A stretch of 63,592 nt of DNA, counting the filler, from Chiloscyllium plagiosum (lineage: Eukaryota), in the NCBI RefSeq assembly GCF_004010195.1. It is 4 parts of one record of this genome, joined end to end, with 100 filler letters (N's around TTAATTAATTAA, not from the genome) between each part and the next. Parts side by side here need not be neighbours in the genome. Positions count along the whole stretch, not along the records: positions 52,155 to 57,644 come from NC_057713.1; positions 57,745 to 63,592 come from NC_057713.1; 2 more parts are not named here. The stretch is one strand, 5' to 3'. Shown here in pieces: positions 52,155 through 62,965 of this stretch. Numbering within the stretch: the first letter of the stretch is position 1; the number at the start of each line of letters is the position of its first letter. The translations under genes and the position numbers were made by a program. The notes beneath the pieces are model-generated. The model ran no database searches, was not told where the DNA came from, and saw nothing but the letters and a program-made list of their open reading frames with translations.

Positions 52155-52965
52155 TCCACTTTGGTGGCAAGAACAGGAAGGCAGATTACTACCTAAATGG
52201 AGTCAAGTTAGGTAAAGGGGCAGTACAAAGAGATCTGGGTGTTCTTGTACACCAGTCAATGAAGGCAAGCAAGCAGATACAGCAGGTAGTGAAGAAAGCT
52301 AATAGCATGCTGGCCTTCATAACAAGAGGCACTGAGTATAGAAGCAAAGAGGCTCTTCTACAGCTGTACAGGGCTCTGGTGAGACCACACCTGCAATATT
52401 GTGTGCAGTTCTGGTCTCCAAATTTGAGGAAAGACGTTCTGGCTATTGAGGGAGTGCAGCGTAGGTTCACGAGAACAATTCCTAGAATGGTGGGACTATC
52501 TTATGTTGAAAGATTGGAGAGACTGGGCTTGTATACCCTTGAGTTTAGAAGACTGAGAGGGGATCTGATTGAGACATATAAGATTATCAAAGGATTGGAC
52601 ACTCTGGAAGCAGGAAACATGTTTCTGCTGATGGGTGAGTCCCGAACCAGAGGACACAGCTTAAAAATAAGAGGTAGACCATTTAGGACAGAGATGAGGA
52701 GAAATTTCTTCACCCAGAGAGTGGTGGGTGTGTGGAATGCTCTGCCCCAGAAGGCAGTGAAGGCCCAGTCTCTGGATTCATTTAAGAAAGAGTTGGATAG
52801 AGCTCTGAAGGATAATGGGATCAAGGGTTATGGAGATAAGGCAGGAACATGATACTGATTGAGGATGATCAGCCATGATCATAATGAATGGTGGTGCTGG
52901 CTCGAAGGGCAGAATGGCCTACTCCTGCACCTATTGTCTATTGTCTATTGTCTACTGTCTATTGA
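52155..52965 (+). mobile_element. Young CR1 LINE 3' part with (CTATTGT)n tail
   Basis: Uninterrupted 197-aa ORF 52259-52852 with CR1 C-terminal motifs. Confidence 0.93.
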
Positions 52966-53579
52966 TTGAATAGAGCTGGTGAGTTGGCTAGACAGTATGC
53001 AATAGAACAGGAAACAGACAAAAAAATCTAAAATTCACAATTTTGCTATCAGGAATAATGCATTAGTGTTACTTCCAGTAATAGGTGAACCTTTAAAAGC
53101 ATAGTTGAGTGGACCTTATTAAATCAGAAGGAAACTGAGTGAGGTGAACTACTGGACAGGGACTCCAGTCAGAAAGAAATCTCACAGAGTGTGTCATGTG
53201 AATATGTTCAAAAGGTATTTTGACAGGGAAGGAAAGCAAAAGGTGAAGGTGTTAATGATTACAACACAGAGGAAGAACCAAATTCAGAGGATTCTGAATT
53301 GGACATTCCTCAAACTAAATTAGACAATGAGGAAGTCGTCAAAAATTGGGATAAGTTATTGAGTTACTTTCCTGAGCAAAATCAAGATGGCCTGAAAGAG
53401 TTACTACTGTCACATGGGGAGATAAGCAAAAATAAACAGGGAAATTCTAAAGTGCTTGATGTCGATATAGGAAATGCTCTTCTGATTAAGTGACATCCTT
53501 AAACGCATAACCCTCCAAAGTTAAAAAACACAAAACACCAGGTTATAAACTGGCATATTTAGCTCCTTCATCAAGATGG

Positions 53580-56500
53580 ACGAACATAGATCATGGCTCA
53601 GCTTCCAACATGAACTGCTGGACTGCTGCTCACTCTGCTTCATAGAAGCCTAGCTCAACCCATCCATTCCCGACTGCGTATTTCAGGCTGATGCTTTTTC
53701 TATCCATCGTATAGACCGCACAGTATCCTCGGGTAATACAAAGGATGGAGGGGATTACGTTTAATCAACAACTTGTGATGCATGGAGATTGTAACGCTGG
53801 GCAGCCATTGCTCCCCAAACCTTGAACTCCTCACCATCAAATGGCGCCCCTTCTATCTACCACAGAAATTTACTGCTGCTATACTAATTGCTGTGCACAT
53901 ACTGCCACAAGCAAAGGTTGAGGGAGCTCTGTATGTGGTGTATTCCATCACTAACACCCTGGAGGCAGAATGCCCCAAGGCCCTGTTTATTGTGACTGGT
54001 GACTTCAATCAAGCCAATCTGAGGAAGTTGTTGCCCAAGTACCACCAGAACATTACCTGCCCCTCCAGGACCCCGAACATTTTAGACCACTGCTACACTA
54101 CTGTGAAGGATACCTACCGCTCCATTCCCCACCCTCATTTCGGGAACTCCGACCACAATGCTGTGTTTCTTCTCCCGGCTTACAGGCAAAAGCTCAAGCA
54201 GGAGACCCCCTCGTGGATGCAGGTCCAGTGCTGTCTGGAATCGGCTGATTGGCCATGTTCAAACAATCCGCAGGTACCTTGGACACCACCACCGTCACAG
54301 ACTTTATCAGCAAGTGTGTGGAGCTCTGCATACCGAGGAAGTCAATCCAGATGTTCCCCAACAGGAAACCCTGGATGTATCAGGCCAACCTTCTGCGGAA
54401 AGTCAGGAGGCATGGGATAGAGGGAAATTTGGCCAATTGGATAGAAAACTGGCTAACTGGTCGAAGTCAGAGAGTGGTGGTAGATGGTAAATATTCAGCC
54501 TGGAGCCCAGTTACAAGTGGAGTTCCGCAGGGATCAGTTCTGGGTCCTCTGCTGTTTGTAATTATTATTAATGACTTGGATGAGGGAGTCGAAGGGTGGG
54601 TCAGTAAATTTGCAGATGATACGAAGATCGGTGGAGTTGTGGATAGTGAGGAGGGCTATTGTCAGCTGCAAAGGGACTTAGGTATGATGCAGAGNNNNNN
54701 NNNNNNNNNNNNNNNNNNNNNNNNNNNNNNNNNNNNNNNNNNNNNNNNNNNNNNNNNNNNNNNNNNNNNNNNNNNNNNNNNNNNNNNNNNNNNNNNNNNN
54801 NNNNNNNNNNNNNNNNNNNNNNNNNNNNNNNNNNNNNNNNNNNNNNNNNNNNNNNNNNNNNNNNNNNNNNNNNNNNNNNNNNNNNNNNNNNNNNNNNNNN
54901 NNNNNNNNNNNNNNNNNNNNNNNNNNNNNNNNNNNNNNNNNNNNNNNNNNNNNNNNNNNNNNNNNNNNNNNNNNNNNNNNNNNNNNNNNNNNNNNNNNCC
55001 CCGGGTACAACAGAGGGTTACAAGGGGACATAAATTTAAGGTGAAGGGTGGAAGGTATAGGGGAGATGTTAGGGGTGGGTTGGGGGCATGGAATGCGCTG
55101 CCTGTGGTAGTGGTAGAGTCAGAATCTTTGGTGAGCTTTAAGGGGCAATTGGATAGGTACATGGATGGGTGCTTAAGCTAGGACAAATGTTCGGCACAAC
55201 ATCGTGGGCCGAAGGGCCTGTTCTGTGCTGTATTGTTCTATGTTCTATGTTCTATGTTCTGACCAGAACCTGCTAAACACCAGGCGTGAGGCCTTCAGAT
55301 CAGGAGACCCACTCAAATCCAAGTATGACCTTTGCAGAGCCATTCAGACAGCCAAGAACCAATACCGATCCAAACTAGAGACCTGGTGACTATGGCAAGG
55401 CCTGAATGACATCACAGGTTCTAAAAAGAGACAGTGAAAGATAGCAGACGATGTCATATCCCTCCCAGATCTTCTCAACGTCTCCTATGCTCGCTTTGAG
55501 CAGAATTTCGGCAGAGAGGTAACACCAATTCCGACAAGTCCTGATGAATCTATCCCAACAGTCTCTGCATCAGAGGTCAGATCAGTTTTCCTTCTCGTGA
55601 ACCCAAAGAAAGTGATGGGACAAGACGGTGCCCTTAGAGCAGGCGTAGACCAACTGGCAGAGGTCTTCTCGAACATCTTCAACCTCTCCCTGTAGCATGC
55701 CACTGTCCCTGCCCGTTTCAAGAGGGCCAACATCATCCCTGTGCCTAAGAAGGCTCATGCAGCATGTCTCAATGACTACCACCCAGTGGCCCGAACGTCG
55801 GTAGTTATGAAGTGCTTTGAAAGGCTGGTCAAGGCATTAATCAACACCAGCCTCCCCACTACCCTTGACCCACTCGGATTTGCCTAATGGACCAACAGAT
55901 CCACGTCAGATGCAACATCACTTGCTCTTCACTCCTCCCTAGAACATCTTGACACCAAGAACAGCTACATAAGAATCCTTATCAATGACTACAGTTCAGA
56001 CTTCAACACTATTATCCCCCTGAGACTGATTACTAAACTTAGTGATCTCGGAATAAGCCCCACTCTCTGCAACTGGATCCTCAGTTTCCTGACCCACAGG
56101 CCACAATCAGTGAAGATTGGGGACAATAATTCATCCACACTAACACTCATCACTGGAGCCCCCCAGGGGTGCATACTCAGAGCCCCCATGACTGCGCGCC
56201 AAATACCAGACTAATACCATTTACAAATTCGCTGATGACACCACCATAGTCGGTCGAATCTCAGATGGTGAAGAAACAGACTACAGACGGGAGGTGGAAG
56301 TCCTGGAAAAATGGTGCACTGAGAACAACTCTCAATGCTAGCAAAACCAAGGAATTCATTATCGACTTTCGGCCGGATGTTATTCGTGCCCCCCTACACA
56401 TTAACAGGACAGAGGTGGAACGAGTGGAGAGTGTCAAGCTCTTGGGAGTGGTCATCCACAGCAAGCTTTCTTGGACTCTTCATGTGGACGCACTGGTTAC

Positions 56501-57066
56501 AAAGACTCAACACCATCTCTTCTTCCTCAGGCAGCTGAGGAAATTTGCCATGATGGTGAATAGCCTTGCCAACATCTATAGGTGTGCCATCGAGAGCATT
56601 CTGTCTGGACATATCACTACCTGGTATGGCAATTGTACCATTCTAGATCGGAGATGGTTACAGAGAATGGTGAACTCAGCCCAGACAATCACAAAGGCCA
56701 ACTTCCCATCTATAGAATCCATCTTCCAGGCCCATTGTCAAGGAAAGGCTGCCAGCATTCTCAAAGATCCATCCCACCCTGGCGATGTTTTTCTACAAGG
56801 TCTACCATCAGGGAGTAGGTACTGAACACACGCACCAGCCGGTTTCACAACAGTTTCTACCCTGCTGTTGTTAGAATACTGAATGGACTCACAAACTCTT
56901 AACATTTGCCTGTACCTGTGTTTTTTGTTTTTGCCGCTGTTTACCTGTTATTTACTCATCTATGCTACTTAACTCTGTGATCTGCCTGTATTGCTTGCAA
57001 GAAAAAACTTTTCACTGTGCCTTGGTACACGTGACAATAAATTCAATTCAATTCAATTCAATTCAA
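53580..57066 (+). mobile_element. Near full-ORF2-length Rex1/Babar LINE (APE + RT), decayed, (ATTCA)n tail
   Basis: GDFNQANL, LDHCY, GNSDHNAV; LNDYHPVA, GAPQGC, KFADDTT, FFLRQLRKF; tail aataaattcaattcaattcaa. Confidence 0.9.
54380..55260 (+). mobile_element. Young CR1 LINE nested in Rex1 (304-N gap at 54695-54998)
   Basis: [24 protein letters not shown]; (TTCTATG)n tail; near-identical to 1-356. Confidence 0.92.
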
Positions 57067-57644
57067 TCAGGAGTGGCGCGCTGAAAGTTAGTGCTTCCAA
57101 ATAAACCTGTTGGACTATAACCTGGCATTGCGTGACTTTTAAGTTTGTCCAACACTGGCACCTCCAAATCATGGCCTTTAAAGTTGGCACAGGTTCAGAA
57201 GGGGATTGAATGCATGCTCCAAGATGACATAATTGAAGTGAGTTACAGTGACTGGAGCTCACCCATAGTCATGGTGCCAAAGCTAAATAGTACCCAACAG
57301 TTATGTGTGGACTCTCGCAAAGTCAATACAGTTACAAAGGCTGATGCATATTCAATTTCACAGTTGGAAGACTGTGTTGAAAAGATGGGACAAGCAACTT
57401 ACATTTTTAAATTGGACTTGCTCAGAGGCTCCTGGGAGATACCCCTGTCAGAGAGAGCAAACGCAATGTCGGCTTTCGCAGCTACCACCCCACACTGATT
57501 GATGATGTCACTTCCGCCCCCATCATGGCCACTCCCACAGCCACTTCCGGCCCTCACATCATCACCGATGCCACACGCTCAGTGACTTCCGCCACCCCTA
57601 CTGCTGTGTCTGCCACCACTTCCGACCCCACCAGCGCCACTCAC

Positions 57645-57744
57645 NNNNNNNNNNNNNNNNNNNNNNNNNNNNNNNNNNNNNNNNNNNNTTAATTAATTAA
57701 NNNNNNNNNNNNNNNNNNNNNNNNNNNNNNNNNNNNNNNNNNNN
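57645..57744. other. Artificial contig-joining spacer 44N-TTAATTAATTAA-44N
   Basis: Same as 28954-29053. Confidence 0.97.
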
Positions 57745-58015
57745 TCTACCAGCCTCCACTGCTTTCTCTGGTAGTTCATTCCATACACGTACCATCCTCT
57801 GCGAGAAAACATTGCCCCTTAGGTCTCTTCCAACTCTTTTCCCTCTCACCTTAAACCAATAGCCTCTAGTTTTGGACTCCTCTACTCTGGGGAAAAAGGA
57901 CCTTAGCTATTCACCCTATCCATGCTCCTCTTGATTGTATAAACCTCTATAGGTCACCCCTCAGCATCTGACATTCCAGGCTAAATAGCGCCAGCCTATT
58001 CAGCCACTCCCTGCA
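57745..58015 (-). mobile_element. HER1-like CR1 fragment
   Basis: Reverse complement of ggtacgtgtatggaatgaactacc and neighbouring HER1 sequence. Confidence 0.8.
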
Positions 58016-58690
58016 CCTTTAGGAAATAAACGATCAGCATTTAAAGAAAATAAATCCTACATGGTGGCATATCCTGATTTCAAAATTGTAATAGTCACCT
58101 CATGTACAAAATTTATTTGTGTTCTTAGCATTGGAGCAAATTGTCACGATGAGTTCTGATCAGAATGCAAACATGCAGTGGTGCAAAATTAAATAAATGT
58201 TATCCAATGCAGCAATGCAGGAGGTGATGAAATGCAAACAGCAAGTTCAACAGCATTTGGAAAATCAAACGTCAGGCTTATGTTTTTGTGCAGATTGCTT
58301 CCTCAGAATTTCCTGTAAACTCAAAGCTAGTTTTTCTCTTCACATCTAGTCATGCAAGTTAAGCAATTTTCACTCAGCACTAAAACTGCCACAGGGCATC
58401 AAAGCCGAAATCATATGGTCAAAACTCTAGCCGTAAGTAAATCTGCAGTCTACAGATCAATCATTTGTAAAATATGGAAAAAGACTAAATAAAATTGACA
58501 TCCTGTAAAAAGGAATTTGACTAATTTCCCCTCCCTTTTAATAGCAATGGTAAATGCAAGGTTAATCTGACATCAGTGTTGTACTCGGGAGAGGATTAAA
58601 TTGAATTCCTTCCTGGTGGAGTTGAACTTTTGAGAGGTTCTGGAGCAGGAATAACCTCTGTTAGTTTTCCTTCAATCCTGCAGTTCCAAT

Positions 58691-59016
58691 AGCGGTGGCA
58701 CAGTGGTTAGCACTGCTGCCTAGCAGTGCCAGAGACCCGGGTTCAGTTCTCGCCTGACCCGCCTCAGGCAACTCTGTGTGGAGTTTGCACATTCTCCCCA
58801 TGTCTGCATGGGTTTCCTTCGGGTGCTCCGGTTTCCTCCCACAGTCCAAAGATGTGCAGGTTAGGTGAATTGGCCATGCTAAATTGCCCATAGTGATAGA
58901 TGAAGGGGTAAATCTAGGGGAATGGGTCTGGATGGGTTACGCTTCGGTGGGTTGGTGTGGACTTGTTGGGCTGAAGGGCCTGTTTCCACACTGTAAGTAA
59001 TCTAATCTAATCTAAT
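58691..59016 (+). mobile_element. HE1-type SINE, full length, (TAATC)n tail
   Basis: ggtggcacagtggttagcactgctgcc head, conserved core, gaagggcctgtttccacactgta tail. Confidence 0.92.
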
Positions 59017-59173
59017 TTTGCACGTCACCAAGCATTTAAGCGTTTGACCTACTCTGAGGTTCAGTGGCTGCAGTTATGTAAGACTGGGAGGACAAGTTAC
59101 AAATTTGTAACATTTCTTGCACAATGCTGCAAACAGTAATGCTAGAAATTTGTGCTGTTCTGTTCACCTCCAG

Positions 59174-59282
59174 GGAATGGCAAATGGAGCGGGCTTTTCA
59201 GACTGCTTCATGGTTATTTCAACCGGATGTGGTATTCGTTCTTGGTGACCTGTTTGACGAGGGGAAGTGGAGCTCACCAGAG
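59174..59282 (+). CDS. MPPE1: Internal coding exon of metallophosphoesterase 1 (PGAP5)
   Basis: ttcacctccag | G GAA TGG.. = (R)[36 protein letters not shown] | gtactg; 109 bp; GDxxD metallophosphoesterase motif; matches recalled human [37 protein letters not shown]. Confidence 0.93.
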
Positions 59283-59475
59283 GTACTGTGTTCTGATTTG
59301 TATGTCCCTCCACCTTTGATAAAATGCCTGAGCTATGCACAAAAAAAATGTCTTTCTCAAACCGTGGTGCCCTGAAAGCAGTACAGGTCGGTATTTGTTT
59401 CTGCAGAAATTTATGCTGAGAACAACAACCTATTTACAATGTGGAGGAGCTGGTGTTGGACTGGGGTGGACAAAG

Positions 59476-59559
59476 TTAAAAATCACACAACACCAGGTTA
59501 TAGTCCATCAGGTTCCAAAAAACCTATTGGACTATAAGCTGGTGTTGTGTGATTTTTAA
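59476..59559. repeat. 39-bp-arm inverted repeat (Penelope-derived)
   Basis: Arms 59476-59514 and 59521-59559, 36/39 complementary, 6-nt loop. Confidence 0.9.
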
Positions 59560-59699
59560 TCTATTGACAGTATGTTCCCCCACTTCACTCACACACTGTT
59601 AGCAGAATATGTACCTTTTATGGCTTTGGGAGAATCTTGCGCACTACGCTTTGCTGATACTCAGTTTATTAAAACAGTATGAACATCCTGTTAACAAAT

Positions 59700-61030
59700 C
59701 ATTAAATAAAAACTGAAAGAACTGTTGGATGCTGCAAATCAGACCCAAAACAAGACAGAGATTGCTGAAAAGCTCAGCAGAGCTGAAAAACGTGGCGCTG
59801 GATAAAGCACAGTAGGTCAGGCAGCATCCGAGGAGCAGGAGACTCAATGTTTTCGGACCTAAGCCCTTCATTAGGAATGGCATCAGGAAAGGAATCAAAG
59901 TTAACGATTCCGGTCAAGTGACCCTTCATCAGAACTGAGTTTGAGTTCCGAGGAAGGGTCACTAGACTCGAAATGTTAACTCTGATTTCTCTCCACATGT
60001 GCTGCCAGACTGGCTGAGCTTTTCCAGCAAGCTCTATTTTTATAATAAATCATTGTGTGGTCTCTTTTAGAGTCATACAGCACAGAAACAGACCTTTCAG
60101 TCCAACTCGTCCGTGCCGACCAGATATCCTAAATTAATCCAGTCCCATTTGCAAGCATTTAGCCCATATTTCTAAACCCTTCCTATTCATCTACCCGTTC
60201 AGATGCCTTTTAAATGTTGTAATTGTACTAGCCTCCATCACTTCCTCTGGTGGAACACAGCAGGTCAGGCAGCATCCGAGGAGCAGGAGAATCGATGTTT
60301 TGGACAAAAGCCCTATCCTTGTACCAGTCTAAACATAGAGAATGATATAAACAGAAACCAAAATTGCTGCAAAGATTCAGCAGGTGTGGCAACATCTGTG
60401 GAGAGAAAGCAGAGTTAACATTTCAGATCCAGTGACCTTCTTCAGAACTAATTGTAGCTAGGAAAAGGTTGGGCTATATGCTGAAGATGAGGTGGGAGAA
60501 GGAAGTGACAGGTGGAGTTAAAGCCCAAAGAGAGAAAACAGCACTGGGCAGATTGGGGTGGAAAAGTGTGGAGCTGGAAAATCACATCCAGTCAGGCAGC
60601 ATCTGAGGAGCAGGAGAATCGACATTTCGGGCAAAAGCTCTTCATCGGGCATCCTATAATCCTAGTTGATTAAAACCTTACTGCGAAGCCTCTTCCAACG
60701 ATACCTCAACTCTAATCCCCGGCATCTGCAGTCCTCACGTTCTCTTAGACCGAGGAATAGGTAAAGGTCAGTCTGGGAGAATTAATAGCGGCTAATGGGG
60801 ACAATTAGTGACTGACAATGGGTTGTTTGTAGTAGCAGCCCATATGATGACAAGGCCTGGTGCATGGGCGTTGGGGTAAGGACATGCGAGATGCTGCTCA
60901 GGCCCTAAAAGTATTGACAAAAACAGAAATTGTTGAAAAAGCTCAGGAGTTCTGGCAGTATCTGCTGAGATTTTCCAGTAATTTCTGTTTTTGTTTCTGA
61001 TTTACACCATCTGCAGGTCTTTTGGTTTTT
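59700..61030. mobile_element. Cluster of nested and inverted Penelope terminal fragments with several hammerhead motifs, plus a HER1 tail (60068-60250)
   Basis: Motifs at 59845-59875(-), 59899-59936(-), 59944-59981(+), 60413-60449(-) and 60621-60648(-). Confidence 0.75.
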
Positions 61031-61089
61031 ACCTAAAACTATTGAACTCAATTATATTGAGTCCAGGAGGCTGCAGGGTCCCCAAACGG

Positions 61090-62950
61090 AGTACTTTCTC
61101 CCATGATTTGTTCCTCTACATCCTTTCCACTAGTTGATGATCAGTAGGCTACACCTAACAATCTAATTGCACCTTCCTTTGCTCCTTAGCTCTGTCCTCG
61201 TTAATTCTGTGTTTGAACTATCTGAGACATATTCTTTCCCCAGCACTGCAATGCTCTCCTTAACCAATATAGACACCCCTCCTCCTTCCCTTCCTTTTCT
61301 ATATACCTTGTCCCCAGAAATATGTAATACCAAGTCTAGCCCTTCATTGAGTGAGGTCTCTATCACTACCACATTATAATTCCACATGACAGTCTGTGTC
61401 TGTTACACCCCAACCTTGCAAGAACTTTAACAAACACTGCATTGAACAAACAGGCAAAAAACTAGCCACCAGGATACATGAATATCAACTAGACACAAAA
61501 AGACATGACCCTCTCTCACTGGTATCCTTACATACAGATGAGGAAGGACACTACTTTGACTGGGACAGCACATGCATCCTAGGACAAGCCAAACAGAGAC
61601 ATGCACGACAATTCCTAGAAGTATAGCATTCCAACCGAACTCTATCAACAAACACATTGACTTGGCCATTCACTACCTCTTGAGAAAAAGAACAGGAAAT
61701 GACATCACCACTGGTAATCATGTCACCACAGGAAATGATATCACTAAACCAAGGAAACCTAAATACATAAATAGAAAGTGGGCTACACCACCAATGCTTC
61801 ATCTGAAGGCTCACTGAAGGTGTTACCTAGTATGGTGACGCAACATCTGAAAACGAATCTTCCAGCTCAGTGAACAAACCTACATCCAGAACCCCAACCT
61901 TATTTACTGTGTGCATTCAACTGGCTGCACTGTAGTAACCCTGATTTAGAATTCACTACTTTCTCCCATACTCTGACTATTCTCTCTGCTAGTGCTACCT
62001 ATCTTTCCAAGTATTTTTTGAACCTCTTGTCCAATATTTTCTCTTGGTTCCTACACCCCTGTCAAATTAGTTTAAAATCTATCCAATGGCAGTAGCTTTC
62101 AGAAAGCCCTACAAGGAACTCAGTCCCAGGCCTGTTCAGATACAACTGGTCCCCCAGCTTCTCCAAATGCTATAGGTTAGTCCCAGGAATCTAAAACCCT
62201 CCCTTCTACTGTATCTTTTGAGCTACGCATTCATTTGCCTTATGTTTTTATAGTTACTTGCACGTGATTGGGAGTAATCCAGAGATTGTTGCATTTGAGG
62301 TACCTGCTTCCAAGTTTCTACCTAACTCCCTAAATTCGGATTGCAGCGCCCACTTCCTGACTAAGCTATTGGCAGCGACATGGACCATGACCACTGGCTG
62401 TATACCCCTGCTATCTCTTGCCAGTCTCCTGCAGCAACTTTGTCACATCCTTAATCTTGACATCAGAAATAAAACATGCCAATGTGGAGCTGTGACTGTG
62501 GTTACAGAAATGCCTATCTTTTCCCCTCACTAATGAATTCCCGATCAGTATCGCTCTTCCTCCTCTCCTGGTCGGCTGAATTGCTCATGGTGCCTGAAAG
62601 ATGGCTCTGAATGCATTCCCTTGAGGAATCAGCACCTCCTCAGCTTTTAAAAACGAAAGCCGATTTGTGAGTGGAATCCCTGGGGATTCCAGCACAACCA
62701 GATTGTTTCTTGCGGCCTGCCCTTCAGCTGCAAAGTGACTACCTCTCCGAAAATGTAACCCACATAGCTCTTGGCCTTGTGGACATGCTACAGTGTGCCC
62801 TGCCACCATTTGAGCTCCAAAAACTCAGAGCTCGGGTTTCTGCACATGTGATCACCTAGAGGATCCTGGTAGGGTCCATGACTTGCCACATATCAGAGGC
62901 ACATCCTTCAGGCTAGATATTCCACTTGACCAAGCTGTGCTGCCACGTCT
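61090..62950 (-). mobile_element. Old CR1 5' half (ORF1 remnant + endonuclease), interrupted by a Penelope insertion
   Basis: WNYNVVVIETSL..KVYRKGREGGGVSILVKE; IPLTNRLSFL (ORF1-like). Confidence 0.7.
61396..61900 (+). mobile_element. Penelope-like element (second GIY-YIG family) 3' part
   Basis: IEQTGKKLATRIHEYQ..GHYFDWDS..ILGQ..RQFLE; decayed hammerhead at 61812-61849. Confidence 0.8.
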
Positions 62951-62965
62951 TAACTCTCACTCTCT

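Larger units (their letters stand above)
52966..57480 (+). mobile_element. Gmr1-like Gypsy pol remnant (52966-53522 and 57175-57480) split by nested insertions
   Basis: Integrase GPY/F module LVLLPVIGEPLKA*LSGPY*IRRKLSEVNY..VCHVNMFKRY precedes RT WSSPIVMVPK..LCVDSRKVN..KLDLLRGSWEIPL. Confidence 0.8.

Noticed and set aside
54249..55181. Chimeric 310-aa RT ORF as a novel fusion protein
   Set aside because: Chance in-frame junction of a CR1 insert within Rex1, and it spans a gap
34410..59282. STK3 and MPPE1 as a head-to-head gene pair or novel synteny
   Set aside because: Separated by two artificial joins; no promoter or 5' exons found between them
59124..59375. 83-aa ORF as a complete small protein
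   Set aside because: Only 59174-59282 is MPPE1-like and it is bounded by AG/GT; the flanks are intron read-through. The same holds for ORF 34365-34562
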